DNA of 64,000 nucleotides from the human T2T-CHM13v2.0 reference genome, Homo sapiens, in NCBI RefSeq assembly GCF_009914755.1, contig NC_060934.1; one strand, given 5' to 3'. The notes below the pieces were generated by a model. The model saw only the letters and a program-made list of their open reading frames with translations. It ran no database searches and had not been told where the DNA came from. Position 1 is the first letter of the stretch. Every line of letters begins with the position of its first letter. Positions 44,161 through 64,000 of this stretch are shown one piece after another. The position numbers and the translations under genes are program-made.

Positions 44161-44832
44161 GTTCCTAACCCGCACATGAATTCCAGCCTTCCCTCCAACA
44201 GGCCATTTGTTTAAAGGTAGTTTCTGATTCTGAATATTTACCTCCACTGATGGTCAGTCAGTAAATTTGCTTTCCAGGTCTTGCTAGGGACTGCTCCTAT
44301 CATTTTCGAATACCAATGGACTTCCTAACTGGTTTGCCAGTCATTTGCATGCAAATTGCAATCCCAGCTGCAAAGAGGAAAGTGTCAGTGTTGAAATAAG
44401 ATTCTCACTGGCCTCCAAAATAAGTAAGAAAATAAATAAATAAATAAATAAATAAATAGCATTGAAGCCAGTGCCTGTATCCATCCTTAGCAGTAGCTAA
44501 GACTGCTTTTTGTTAGATGTGTTAATGAAAACACATACATTCTCTAATTCTCTTCTCCCAATCACTGATTCACAAATGAGAATGCTTATAAGTTTTTCTA
44601 GTTCACTCTTCTCCAATTACAGGCATGACTGTTGTTTTTCTGTTGTCATTTTATTGGCATAGCTTTCCAAACTCTCATTTAGAAACATGTAATCTATATC
44701 CCTAACAAACTCACTCGAAACTCCTTGGGTTTTTCTATAACTCACAGTATTGTTCTTTCCTGAGGAGGCATTGCACTTTGCAATCATCTCCCTGAAACTT
44801 GAATAAAATTAATAAATATGTAAGACCCTGTT

Positions 44833-45145
<313 letters not shown>

Positions 45146-45412
45146 TTAAAAGATAAGCTATAAATTAAAGCAATATTTGAAAACAGCTCTGATCATATAT
45201 CAAAGGTTCATGTTTTTTACTTGCCTCAATCAAATGAAAATTGAAATAAAACAAGCTCTGTTCCTTATCCAACCCAGGCATGTTGGATAAGAATATTTAG
45301 ATATAATACTTTATAATTTTAAATAGTTCAGCCCCTTCTCTAGAAAAGACTTTTTGTTTTCTCTGAACAGAACTGTCTGGAAAATTGCAGCTGGTGTTGG
45401 AGTCCTGATAAT

Positions 45413-46102
45413 TGTAAGAGTGAAAGGAAGTTTCTTTCCACCTCCAGCAGTTTTGAGAACTGGAGTCTACAAACAAACTGGTAATAGATGAACAGGAGAA
45501 AAAGAATAAAAACTTACTGATGTGCAAGCACATAGGAATCATACAAAGTATAAAACTCCATGATGGTCCAGACAGTTGAAACTTAAATACCCTTTTCTTA
45601 TGGGAGAGGAAAGTAGAGGATGTAGGCAGTTGTGGAGGAAGAGTAAATATTTTTTAAGGAAGGTAAATGGACTTAATAGCCTGGGACTAAGTTCACTTGA
45701 GCTTTGAGGAAGGTAGCAACAACTTATGGGAAGGTAAGGGGTGGAACTGCACTATGAACAGAGGTTGTCTTATTATGCAGATAAAGCCTCTCAGGTAACA
45801 AACCTTAGAAGAACAGATGAAAACTTTGGCTGTGCTAGTAACAATCCTTATTTTCTTCTTTCATGACTAACCTTTCCTGGTTAATGAGATTTCAGATAGG
45901 GTGTTTATGGCATTTGTGTTTTTTGGAAGAGCTTCCCTCACTCTGATCAGAGAATTTTAGAGAGAGCACCTCCTTGCACTTGGGAAGAAACAAGGGAAGG
46001 TCAGAGAGAGCTGATTCTAAGACCTTAAAATTTCTTTTCATTCTAAGTGCTCAGCATGCCAAGGTACCGTATTTTTGTGGTATCATTCTCTGAGACCCAA
46101 CA
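45413..46102 (-). mobile_element. ERV1 solo LTR, MER34/MER39-like (name tentative)
   Basis: TG...CA termini, perfect TSD TAAT (45409-45412, 46103-46106). Minus strand starts TGTTGGGTCTCAGAGAATGATACC. Confidence 0.78.
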
Positions 46103-48990
46103 TAATCTTAAATCATAAAAATATATAATTCTTATTATATCATATATTATATATCATGTATAAAATAAAATATGAAGCTCAGATTGATGCAAAGCTAGGC
46201 CATATAATCTTTTATTGAGAGGTATCTTCTGTCATAGCATACTTTTCTTATTCCTTATCCAAACAACTCAGAAGAAGTTACTTTTTCTTTATAAGTCTGC
46301 CATGAATAAGACACAAAATATTAAGCCCATGGTAGAATTAATAATAATACAGATAATAACAGTATCACTTTGGTGGGACATTCACTATTATTGCCATATA
46401 CTATTAAGTCCTTTGTTAGGTTTTTTTAATTTCATAATAATTCCTGCTTGTTTATCTACTCTCATTTTCCTCCACTGTTTTTACTAGCTAAACACACTGG
46501 CCTTTTAAAGTTGTACATACATATTTTACTCTTTCCCATCAGTGGATACTTGCCTATGTCTTTCATTTTATCTGGTTTATTTTAATTATGAAGAGTTTCA
46601 CTTCCCACATAATCATAAACCATCACTCATTTCCTATTATTCCCTTGTTTAGTAAATTCCTAGTATAATTCTACTCATTCTTCTGTATTTTTTGAAACAT
46701 TCTTGTCTCAAAAAAGATCAAATGTACTTGTCACACATATCTGTAAACTAACTCTTCACATTTCTGTTGCATATTTGTAATCATCTGAGTAATGCCAGTC
46801 TTCCTAATAGACTGCAAATTTTTCAAAGGCAGAAACAGTTTCTCTCTTATTCAGAGGTCTTTCTCCTCTTATGCTTCAACTAATCAAGATACAAAAGACC
46901 TAAACTTCCAGCAGAAAGAAAAGATACTTTCAAAGTTTTCATTCTGCTAGTAATGGGCCCTAGATATGTGTCAACACAGAATATGTTTTCAAAGGGTTTT
47001 AGAGAGGAGTCAAATATGTGAATTGTGAATATACCCAGGTAATAAAATTTTATATTCAGGCTGTCCAAAGTCCTTTAAAAATAGAATAAGAATAGTTAAA
47101 AAAAAAACTAGGATTAAATTCATTGAATAGATAGTGAGAACTATACAATATACCCTGTATTAGTTTTTGTATTGGTTATCAAGTTGCTAATAGCTCAGTT
47201 TTATGCCCCATAACAAAACTTACTTATAAGTCTAGATTTTGTGACATAATAATTTCACTTCCCATCAATCATTACCGTATATTTCTTTTTTTAAACTCTG
47301 TTTTTTACTTTTACTTTATTTGAGTGGTTTTGATTATTACTGATTTTGAGGAAGTTTCTGTTGCTTTAGTATGCCTACATTATATTTATGTTTCTTCAAA
47401 TCCTTTTTGAAAACTCTTGAGGAATAAAAAAAATTCTAATAGGTATCTACAAACCCATAGAAATAAATATCATATACATGCATAGAACATGTACTTCACT
47501 GTTAGGAGATAATATTTTGCATAATTTATTTTTACATTTTGCACAGTGCCAAGTATAATTTCTTTGACAGAGATGGTGCTCAATTACTTTACTAAAAATA
47601 GAAAGATATTCTGTTGATGCAATGCATTGAGACATGAGAAGAATGGAGAGAAAGGTGAATTGTCATTGTTAAAAGAATGGCATAAAAAATCCTCTGTTTG
47701 CTACCTGTAAATTTTCTAAAACCCAAAGCAGAAGGGAAGGGTGTAACAATTGCGGGCTTTGGAATCAGATGGCCATTGTTAGAAACCCAGTTCTATAACT
47801 TACTGATGGTGAGATCTTTTTTGCGTTTCTTACACTCTCTGTGCCTCAATGTCCTCATGTATAAAAGGAAGATTATAGTATCTTCAGTGTACATTCAGTA
47901 ACTCATTCAATGTCTATGAGTGTCTACTATGTGCTAGGCATTGGCCAAGGGGCCTTTTTTTGTATTAGCCATTTAATTCTCATGATAGCACTCTTAATTT
48001 ATTATTGCCTACTTTATATATGAAAAGAAGTGAGGCTTAGAGAGATTAAGCAACTTGCCCATGATATGTAGTAAATGAATGGCTCAAGACCACCTACTCT
48101 GGAATTTTCTAGAATAAATTTCATAGGAGTGACATTTAAAGTCATTCTCCTAGAATTTGTTAGCTTTTCTGGGAAGTCTTATCTGATTGCCGACTTTCTT
48201 TTGTGTCCATAGCAGCATCCCATATTTTCATCTCTGATAGTACTTATTACATTGCAGAACAATCATCCATATATGTATTTCTTCTACTTAAACATAAACC
48301 TATTGAATGCTAGCAGTGTGTCTTACTCTTTTCTACACTTCTCTTATTAAAACTTTCTAGTTAATGCTTGTTGGAAGAATAAATGAATGAATAAGTGAAT
48401 GAATGCTTATTGCTCTATCAATTATATTTTTTAAACGGAGTCCATTAGTGTGAAAACATTAATAAATGCAGCAGACAAAGCTGGCTAATTTTTTAACCTA
48501 TCCAACATCCATTTTCCTTTATTTCCTTCCTAATAGAATCCTACTTTTATTTGGGTGGGGGCAGCGATGGCCAAACTTCAAAATAAACAAAAAGAAATAG
48601 TGTACTTCTTCGTTTTCCTTGCAATTAAGAGAGACTATTGACATATTATGAACAATGCTTTATAAGTAAAAACCAATTGAATATTTCTAGATATGTATGT
48701 TTTTCTTTCCTGTTGTTGGCATGCCCCCCTTCTCTTTGATGCTTCTTTCTTCTTTCTACTTGGAATGTGAGAATAAGCTAGATGAGATAAAGCCATCTCA
48801 CAACTTTGAAAATAACATTTGCATTCTAAGCATAGTAAATAATAAAAGTCATATGCTAAACCTAATAGTTCATGAAGTTAGAAGGAACCTGGTTCCTAGG
48901 TAGCTCTACCCATCCTGGGTTACTTACCAATGAAATACTTATAACATGAATAAAATTATTTAATTGTTATAATAACCATATTTTTGTTAT

Positions 48991-49344
48991 TGTATTAACC
49001 CATTTTCACACTACTGATAAAGACATCCAAGACTGGGCAATTTACAAAAGAAATAGGTTTAATGAACTCAGAGTTACATATGGCTGGGGAGGCCTCACAA
49101 TCATGGCAGAAGGTGAAAGATACGTGTCACACGGTGGCAGACAAGAGAAGAGAATGACAGACAAGCAAAAGGGGTTTCCCTTATAAAACCATCAGATCTC
49201 ATGAGACTTGTTCACTACCATGAGAACAGCGTGGAAGAAAACAACCCATAATTCAATTATCTCCCACTGGGTCCCTACCACAACACCAGGGAATTATGAG
49301 AGCTACAATTCAATATTGGGTGGGGACACAGCTAAACCCTATCA
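48991..49344 (-). mobile_element. THE1 (MaLR) solo LTR
   Basis: tgtattaacccattttcacactactgataaagac ... ggggacacagctaaaccctatca. Near-TSD GTTAT/GTTGT. Confidence 0.9.
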
Positions 49345-49917
49345 GTTGTATACAGATAAATATATATGATTAAATGTTAATATATCTTTTTATTAAAAAA
49401 TTTAAAAATTTAAAAAAATATAAATAGTTTCCTAAAAGAAGAGTGGAGGAATATGTGTGCAATTAAGTGTGCAATTAGGTTAATAAAAAGGAAATTTTAA
49501 AATTTGGTTCTTATATTAAAATACTTAAGGACTAATGCATTTGCCAAAAAAGGTGATAAAGTCTGCCTAGTACTTTGTGGAAAATGAGTCATTTGTAAAG
49601 ATATTTAAATGAATGAATTTTCATTTACTATTACAATAAGTCTAATGTGTTCACCAAAACTATGATTTTTAGCAATATGCAAAGAGTCAGCATTCAATCC
49701 CATCTCTACTTGAGTTACAACTAAATATTGACGGCAGAAAGGAAACTTGCAAAAGAGAACAGGAAGTTATCTGTATTAGTTTCAATTATACCTTTAGTAA
49801 TAAGTAGTTTGACCTCCCTGAGCCTCAAATTCCCCATGTTTAGCTTAGAAATAAAAAGCAGTCAGCTTTGTCTATCTCTTTTTTTGTGACAATCAAGTCA
49901 AGCACTTTGTAAACTAA

Positions 49918-50261
<344 letters not shown>

Positions 50262-51189
50262 GAAATTCAGTTTTCACTATACCAAAATTATTCTGTTATT
50301 TCTATTTGGCTCCTCAGTGTCAAGATATTTCTCATTCACTTACTCATTAAGGAAATGATTCTTAAGAGACAGAACACTGAGGATACTGCTGAGAGATGGA
50401 GACCTCCTTCTTGACTTGCTGGAATTTGGAAGTCTAATGGGAGAAAGAGACTCAAATAATCACATAAATAGACTAAAATTTGAGACTGTGAGAAGTACTG
50501 TGGTAGATTTAAAAAGGGAGGTGTGAGAGAATACAATTCTAATTTGTTCTGATTATTCTCGGCTGAATTTAGTCATTGTGTGTCTCAGTTTGTCCCAGCA
50601 AGATCAACTTTTTTATGACTGTAACCTCAGAAGGAGGTGTGCTTTGTATGTGCTTCAGTTGGAACCTATGTCTGAATTTAAAACTCCTCTGATTGTTGTT
50701 TACATTTTACATTAAAAATTTTGCCTAGTAAGATCCAAATGATTAGCATAGAGGGAGAAAACAATGCAGTGCTTTACTATCCTATAAAACATCACCAACA
50801 ACTACTACTTCCAAAATTTATTCAAAAAGAGCTGCATCTCCATGCCTGCCTACTATTGCCACAATTATTTATGCAAAGTACCCACTGAGAAGCAATCAAA
50901 ACAGTGATTATCTGAGCATTTTCACCAGCAAGGTGAGGTCCAAACCCCAGAAAAATGATGGCTCTAAGAGCTGAGAGTCTAGAATATTTATAAGCTATGC
51001 TTCAGAGAAGTCTTGAATTAAGCTCATGTTTTCTTTTTGCACCTCTTGGCAAGAGATAAAAACTTCTCTGTAAATATCATAGTCATGAGTAGTGGGAAGT
51101 TTTGCTAAATTTTCTGGATGGCTCTTATAACCAAGCAGCCTCTCCATTACCAGAATATCTTTTCACAGTCTGGAAACTCAATCATTTTC

Positions 51190-51334
51190 TTTCTTTTTTT
51201 TTTTTATTATACTTTAAGTTCTGGGGTACATGTGCAGAATGTGCAGTTTTGTTACATAGGTATACATGTGCCATGGTGGTTTGCTGCACCCATCAACCCC
51301 TCACCTACATTAGGTGTTTCTCCTAATGTTATCC
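51190..51334 (-). mobile_element. Short 5'-truncated L1PA 3' end
   Basis: ttattatactttaagttctggggtacatgtgcagaatgtgcag... is the L1PA terminus in reverse. Confidence 0.88.
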
Positions 51335-52299
51335 ACTTAGTAATTTTCAAAAATATTGCATGTGTACCTCCAATCGTTTAGTTACAGATATATGCCTAGT
51401 GAAAAAAGAGTTAAATCTCAATAAGGATTTATCTGGAGCCCTCTGTTTATTAACTATAGGCCAAATAGCCTTAACTACAGTACGTCTTCCTCTTCATTAC
51501 ATGCACAATTATATGGCCTTTGGCAGAAAAACCCCCTCCATCATATGTCTAAAATTCCCAGGATAGGATGAAGATTCTCTCTAGTGATCTTCTGTACCTC
51601 CTGGGCTGTAGTCTTCTCATTTGTGTTTCTTGTTCTGTACCACACAGTTCCATACTTAAAATTCATCTCATTAATGCTCTACCTGTATTCTAATCTTATA
51701 TAAACATAACATTTATCAGTCCATGGAAGATATATGGGGCACAGTGACAGGGCCATAATATACACCATACAGCAAACAAATAAAGAAACGTTATTATGAA
51801 TGATTAATATATCTAGCCAAAGTAAAGCAATTTGTGCCCATTGTGTTAAAAAAATAATGAACTGAAAGAGACATGTGAAAGCCAACTGTTTAAAGGTGTT
51901 ATGCAATGGGCAATGTAGGACAGTGATCACGAGAAAAGGGGAACAAATGGAATGAGCTACAACATTGCCAGGCTTTCTAGCAAAAAATCATGTTTTAGAT
52001 GATAGAAAAGGCAGGGAAAACCAAACAAAATACAGCAGCTTTTTCTAAGGTGATTACACAGAGTTTGTAGTTCTGGGTAACTTGTAGGTACCTTAAAATG
52101 TGGTGCAAGGTACAAAAGATGATGGGGGATTTATTTGCAGAAGGATTTCCAGAAAATTGCTTAGGGATCTCTTTGAGTTTTGGACAAAAAACAAAGCTTT
52201 GTATTCACAGGTAAAATTTAAGAATTCCAGAAAAAAAGAATAATAATTAGGGAGAAAAATCATCATCAAAACAACAACTGCCTGGGAGAGATATGATAA

Positions 52300-56740
<4,441 letters not shown>

Positions 56741-59210
56741 GGAAACAGGATTATTGTAGTGGGCTTAGTCACTAACTGTGCCTCAATGGACTCGTCTATC
56801 AAATGGTACTATTATCATGACTGTCTGATTCATCTTCAGAGACGGGAAGGTTAAATGTAATAGACACTGTACAAAGAAATATCACGATTTCATCATTGTC
56901 TATCTTCTGGGAAAGTTAGAGATTTTATCTACTGTGTTCTGAGGGTTATCTGGGGTGCAACTTTATTTATTTTGTGTTATTTAAAGTTGTACTTGAATGC
57001 TTTCTATATTTACCCTGTTTTCAGTTATTTAGTATTCTGGTATTTTTCTTGCAAATGTTTATTTCTATTTTCTCCCAAACTCCAAAAGACATTTAAAATT
57101 AAGAATGGATGAAACAAACAAATATTGCATTTCTACATAAGAGATGAAGTGAACACGCAAATAGCCACTTCCAGACAGATTAAGCCACCTCAGTAAGTGC
57201 TATTTCTAAATCAGATCACCTCATATATGGAGACAGGGAATGCTACGAAGCTGCTTTTGAGACATCACTCAAATATCAAATACCAAAGTACTTCCATACA
57301 GTAAAAAATATGCCTGACATAGTGTGATATTCCCAAAGAAGAAGCTCTTCTGGGACCTAACAAGCAATATAGATACTCATTTATTCTCTTATTACCTGAC
57401 TCTACCAATCTGTCCATGAGAAACAGCATACGTATACATTAGAGTAATATTTAGATTTTGGAGGACCGGAGCTACCCTTAGAAACCATTGAAGAACATAA
57501 ATTGCATTAATTATATCCTAGATTCTCAGATGAACTCCCTGAAGAAGTTTTATAACTTGCTATTATTTAGAAAAAGCATTTAATTAATCTGTACTTCTGC
57601 AAGGAAGAGGTTGTACCACAGACCAAGAAAACCTGGAACTCAATTCAACAACAAAGGGAACAGTCGAGATGAAGGAGGTTTAGAAAATGGAATGAATCGG
57701 GATCACTTGGTCTTTACAAATCCTGTTTCTTCCCATGACTCCAAGAAAGAAGACACCTCCTCACCAAGGACCAGGGACTTTCTGTCTTGCAGAATGCTTT
57801 GTAGGTTGGAAGAGAAAGATTTCACTGATAACTATGTAAAGATGAATTGTTATGTAGAGGAACATAAAGATACTGAATATAATAAAATTCTACAAGATTA
57901 GCATTCAAATGGGCATTATGCTGTAGAAATCAGATTGTTATGCAGGAAATATTCACTCTTTCCCTCTCTTTTGCATAGAAGCAATATTTTCCCCTGCTCT
58001 GTTGGTGTTCAGTTCAGCCACACAACCCCTAACTTAGGAATCTGAGAAGCTACTAAGAGATAAAATTAAACAACAATACTATAATAGTAATCCTTATTTA
58101 AGAGCTTCTTGCCTATAATTCCCAGTTACTGTCCGGAGTTTAATATCTTAGCAGGACACACATCAAGTGTAATTGACACACCATGGAACAAAATTTCTCG
58201 ACGTTTGAAATTTACTAGTATGTTGCTCAAGGTTTCTCTTCTTCGGGCTAAGAATCCCTAATAAATTAATTACATAGTAATTATTTGAGGATGTACTATG
58301 TTCCAGATCCTAAGGTAATAATTTAACATAGTACTTGCCCTTATGAAGCTTATGGTCTTCTATTCTAATATCAACTAATACTCATAGTTAAAATATTTCC
58401 CATTCAGATATCTCCAATTACTATAAAAATACCACAGTCAACACACTCCTAGATACTTATGCATATAAAGTCATATAAGACATAGTTTCTGCCCTCAAGG
58501 AACTTGTTGACTGGTTGAACAGCCAAAGACAGTTTCTTCATTTATTTCTTTTATCATAAATTTCCCAAGGTAATTAGCTATGTGGAGTATATCTGGCTAG
58601 TATACCCTCCTTTCTCAGAGTTATAGAAGCCATCTACAATTTGGATAAATACTTTGAGAATGAATTTTAATTACAATATAATGTAGTATTCAGCATTTAT
58701 GAAACATTTAATATTAATGTACAGCCTGGATATTGACATGGAAAATTTTTGTGAGACATTCAAAGCCTGTTTACTTAAAGCACAATAATTGTTGCTTTAT
58801 TCTGTTTGCTGGAGTGGTTTCCGTGATCTTCACTGCCCTTTTCCCTGCATGAGGCCTCCCAGTATTCTTGAGACTGTTATGCAGATGCTAAATTTTGAGG
58901 TATCAGAGAAACACTCTCAGCAATTCACTCTCTCTTTCTTACTGTTGGCTACACTTGAGGTTAGTGTGGCTTCCTAGTGTCAGGTGCCAGAAGGCACAAC
59001 ATCATGTGACCTACCCCCTCTCCAGCAAAGTCAGCACACACATGGAAACCTTCAAATATGCCCACTGGGACGGAGAATGTTTGTTGGCTTCTATTCTTCT
59101 TCCTCCCGTAACTATTTTGAATTCCTGACTTCACCCTCTTCTTATTGAGTACGCTTACAGGTTCTCAATCCATTCAGTTCTTCTATCTTTTCCTCTTTCT
59201 ATATTAACAG

Positions 59211-59280
59211 ATTGCTCCATGTTTTGATATGACTGTTTTTTCATGAGTCACTGCTCATGGTGAATCGTCAGCTCTGCAAG
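59211..59280 (+). other. Candidate 70-nt non-coding internal exon
   Basis: Pyrimidine tract ttctatcttttcctctttctatattaacAG before and AAG|GTAGGG after. Stops in all three frames. Confidence 0.3.
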
Positions 59281-62200
59281 GTAGGGAGAGGTTGGCAATG
59301 CCAAGGCCATCGGTCATCATTTGTCAAGCAAAGTACGTGCATTCTGTTACCTTTTCAGACAGGCCTTCCCTGACCACCAGAACTAAGACAGCGTCCCAGC
59401 CACACCTTTCTCACATGACCTTGTTTAAGTCATTGCCTGTTTCACTATTTGGAATCCCCGTGTCCATCAACTTCTTTACTTCTTCTCTGTATTCCTTCAG
59501 CTCCCACCTGTTTCCCACCTCTAATTAAAATGTAAACTCTAGGGAAGCAGAAGCTCTGCCTTAGTTGCCTCATTTTCCAGCACACTCCCACCTGGCACAC
59601 AATCAGTAAAGAGTAACTATTTGATGAATACACAGATTTTCCAATTTATTAAACATATTAAACCAGGACATTCTTTTCTTTACAACGGTTCATAACCTAT
59701 CAGTCATTCTAGGCAAAGTCCTCATTCTCAAAGTGCACTTGTATCTTAAACATCTCATTTTCTCTGAAAATAATTGACAGCAATCATTTACTCTTAATTA
59801 CTTACTAGATTTGGCTGCTCATCATCTTATGCCACTTTCTTTTTAAAACTATGAAGTTTGAACACCTGAATTTCTCTAGCATTCTCAACATTTGTTTATA
59901 CAATATAGTAAATGCTTGGGGGGATATGAGTGCAAGGAGGTCAGATAGAGATATTTGAACCGCAATATTATTCCTGACGTTCAGGCTTCAGAGGAAACCT
60001 TTAATTTTTAACCATTTTCTCAGTACTTTCAAAAAATAAATATTTTATGTTTACTATAATAAATCTCCCTTAAAAAAGAGTCTAGTGACCAAAACTGATA
60101 CTAAAGCTAATTTGGCTCTAAGACTTAAACATTACTTTGTAAAAACCTCTAAAAGATAATTCCATTAGAACTCTATAAGAATTTTTTTAATGGAAGTCCT
60201 CTGCAATGGGGAGACATTTAGGATGAACTAAGGACTATGTGTTTTTTTCTTTTTTCTTCCCTGCTCCCCCATCTCCCATGAACACTATTTAGTAAATTTA
60301 TCTTATACCATAGCCAAAGGTTTTGCATTTTATATGGCTATTGTATCACAGTTATAGCAACAAATGCTGCTTTCCTATATCACAACATTCCAGTACAATT
60401 CCATCACACAGAAGCAAACACTACAAAAAACTCTTAAAAGATCTTATTTTTCAGAATAACCCTATAAATATACAAACTTATATACAATTGTAATTTGCCA
60501 ATATCTAATAAATAAATGTAAAAGAATAGATGTACCATCATTAGAGCATTTCATCCCCTGAAGAGAGTAATATGTTGTTCAGATTAGATTACCTGCTGAC
60601 GCATAGCTCCCGCTTGAGGTAGCAAGGTTTTAAGGAAATGGTTTCTGCTTGTTAATAATGACACCAACTGGGATGAGAGCTAACATGTTTTGAAAGGTTT
60701 CTATGCACCCAGCTCTCTGCTAAGCACTAGGCATACATACTTCACTTAATTATTACAAATCTGAGGGCAGGAATTTCTATCCCTTTATGTAAGTAGGAGA
60801 GGTTAGATAATTTTCTTGAGACAACAAGTGGAAAGCAAAGCCAGAACTGAAACCCAGGCAGAAAAGAAGAGATGGGGACTAGAAAAATGCCCAGCAGAGG
60901 CCCATGAGAGCCACAGGGAGCCAGGAAGAAAAGCCATGCCTACATCCAATGAAATATTAACAGAAACTTCACCTAACTTCACAATCAGAAAATTGACAAT
61001 GGTACCCCCATTTTAAACAAATTCAGTCATCAAACGATAAAAATCCATGCTGAAATCCTAAAGCTGTGTATTTAAACGAGACTAATTTCTATCCATGAGG
61101 CCAGCAGTCTTGAACATTAACCTGAATCAGTCTGAGTCAATGACAACACATAATGGCAAATCAACATGGTTGCTTGCATGGAATTCAGGATCAATTTTGG
61201 GAAACTACTTGTTGATATCAGATCTTGAAAACTCAGTTTTCTCTTGTTCAGGGTATTATAACCAACTGAATTGTCTTCTCAAAGGACCTCATGATTTCTT
61301 ATTAAGTGGAAATAATGTTTTAAGCATTAATCACATTCTTTCAAAGATTTTCCTTAAGTAAAAAAGACTCTGGAATTAATTGAAAGATGAAAGCCAGTGG
61401 AAGATACTTTTCTCTCATATCAATTATCTGTCATCTAAAGGCACTTGACTGGTAACTGATACAAAGTAGTCATAAATATATGAAGATGATTAATCTTTAA
61501 TTTACACTTTAAGAATTTTTAAATGTATTTTTAATTACCTTATTACAGGCAAACTGAAGCTCCATCAATGTGTTTCTTCAACTATGATCCCTCATTTTGG
61601 GAGCCCGTAAAATGCTAATCTTCTCCTTACCTCTTCCTATAGTAGAAGGATTTAATAGTGTGCTAGTAAACTACCATATATTTAAATTTTAGGGTACTTG
61701 AATTGCTTTCTTAAGGAAAGTAGAAAAATGTGACAAGTAGAAAAATATTTCCAGATACAATAAGAAACAGTCTAACTCCTTAAATGTATGTGCAGCCAGG
61801 AGAACCATAGGATATATAAAGGCAAGTTAGCAGATATTTTGTTTTCCTTTTTGTCTTGAAAGGGAAACAAAATTGCATTAATGAAGCCAAGGTGGAGACA
61901 TTGTGTCTTGCATAAAGATGTCTCAACTTTCAGAATCTTTCTGGGAAAGTGAGCTTCCCCACAGTCATTTAGATATTTATTCTAGTTTTCTTAACCTTGA
62001 ACTTACTCCATTAGAGTCACAAAATCTAACAAAGTAATCTAAACAGATTTGTTGCAAACAAGTCTTTGACATGCAAAATGGATTTTTGTTTTGCCCTACC
62101 TAGGTCTTATGTTTCACTATTATTAAAAATGTCAGTAATATTTTGCCCACTGGGAACACATATTTTCCTTCAATTTTTTCAATCTTATTCAAAACCCCTT

Positions 62201-62849
62201 ATTGAATATTTTACAAGTTACAGCGGATCTTTGTTATTGCTTTTTCAAATTACAACCTCTGAACCCTATGTTGGTATTTTGCTAAACGGTTTATGCTCAT
62301 GTAGAGTTGTGAAGCATTATTAGAATAAAAAATGAGAAAACCATTCTTAGATAATTATAATTTTGCATTTGACCTTCAGAATAAAAAATAATACAGCTTC
62401 ATCAAGGGAGCAAGCCATAGCCCTCCACAGCCCATGCACATCCTCAGCGCACAGCTGCCCTTTTGTTGTGCACCATATGATCCACGAAATACTTTATCAT
62501 CATTTTTGTCTCTCCCCTTCTCGTCCCTCCTCCTGTCCCACATCCATATAGCATTAAGAAACCTATTAATTAGGGTCACGTGGAGACAATTCATTTGCTG
62601 AAAGTCTCCTCTTATCACTTTGCCTTAACTGTGTGTTTACTATGAACTTATAAATTTGTACTGTGTGTCTTCAGAATGCTAAGGCTGCTGTAAGAACTGT
62701 CAAATTTGCAACTGAGATAAATTAAGGAGGACTCAAGGGAACAATGAAACAAAAAACTTGGCAGAAGGAAATGAGTGGAGGAACACAGAGATGTTAGAAA
62801 TTTTATTTTAAATATTTGTGGTTTGTATAATAGTTTTTAGAAGAACTGA

Positions 62850-64000
62850 AAAGCATTACATGAGATAAGATATATATGTACCAATAATATTCATTTGTGT
62901 GTGCTTCCTTATTCATAAATTTAAACTCAAATATATATTCATGCATATATTCATATCTATATCTAGATATTTAAAAAAGTATTCACACTAATACCTGCAA
63001 TTTCGTTCCAACACCAAAGCATTTATTTCAGCTTCTGGTTTTCTACAACTTGGACTTTCTTCTCTGACAGAGAGGAACCTAGCTGTCATTCACAATACAT
63101 TCACTTATGTGCTCAGCTCTGAAATATACAAGTCATTGAGGAATGTCTGACCCATAACATTGTGGAAAACAGGCTGACTAATAAAGTCATTATTTTAAAA
63201 ACTTTTTTGTCTTCAGTCTGAGGATATACAGTAAAAACACAGCGTCCAAAAATTAAAACTTCTTTATATAATTAATTTGAAATACAGTTAGATTCATGTA
63301 TTTCTATTCCTATCCCATTTCTCCCAAATCCTTGCTGATTTTATTATTTAGTTTTTAAAATAGAGCATGATTCTAAAAGCCAAAGCTATGTTTTAAATGA
63401 TGCACTTAGAAGGAGGGTTATATCTCAATCCTTTCCATCTCAATCCTCTCCCTCCATTCATCCCACTTCCTTTCCATCACCAAGTCCTTTCCATCCAGTT
63501 TCCATACATGCCCTGGAGGTAGTCCATCTCATAAATTTGTAATGTGTCCTTTCTCTTTGTGCACAAATGAGTAGACACATTTCCCCCCCCATATATTTTA
63601 CACAAAAGGTAACATATATAGTTGTCCTTTGCACTTTGCTTTTGCAATCAGATGTACATCCAGGAAGTAACTCCTTGTTAGTTTATGGAGAGCTTCCTTC
63701 TTTTTTATAAAGCTGCATAGTACTTCACTGGATTTATTTATTATAGTTTATTGAACTACACCACTATATATAACATTTTAATGTTTTAATTTTTTGCCAC
63801 TATTTACAAGCCATGCTGCACTGAATAATTGTGTGTTTGTGTGTACATGTGTAGAATGTGTTTTCTTGGTAAATTCCTAGGAGTGGAATCAGTAGGGAAA
63901 AAGGTAAATGTGTATGTAGCTTTGTATGATATTGCCAAATTTCCCTCTCAGAGTATTGTATAAATGCGTCTTCCCACCAGAAATCGATAAGGTATGAGAA
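62850..64000 (-). mobile_element. Old L1M 3' fragments
   Basis: Reverse L1M motifs such as gtaaattcctaggagtggaat and ttcccaccag. Boundaries approximate. Confidence 0.6.

Noticed and set aside
57611-57901. 96-aa ORF as a host coding exon
   Set aside because: No recognisable domain, non-ATG start and no convincing flanking splice pair.

Overview
Repeat-dense, AT-rich primate genomic DNA, very likely human or great ape, since it holds AluY and an L1PA2-type LINE. I see no host protein-coding exon, structural RNA gene or CRISPR array. The main structure is a complete, decayed class I ERV provirus on the minus strand (3587-18247). It has two MER66-like LTRs, a CCAT target-site duplication (TSD), a tRNA-Arg-like PBS, a PPT, a gag remnant, an integrase C-terminal remnant and an ERV-V-like env pseudogene, but no protease/RT. 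Nested in it are a full-length but retrotransposition-dead L1PA2-type element (6636-12698, + strand), two Alus and a THE1 LTR. The most interesting arrangement is that the L1 antisense promoter and intact ORF0 point into the provirus's env splice acceptor and 3' LTR polyA signal. This predicts a spliced L1-ERV chimeric transcript, but it is inferred from motifs only. The rest of the window is solo LTRs, Alus, old L1/L2/MIR and DNA-transposon fossils, plus several informative repair or integration scars. Family names come from my recall of consensus sequences and need Dfam/RepeatMasker confirmation.
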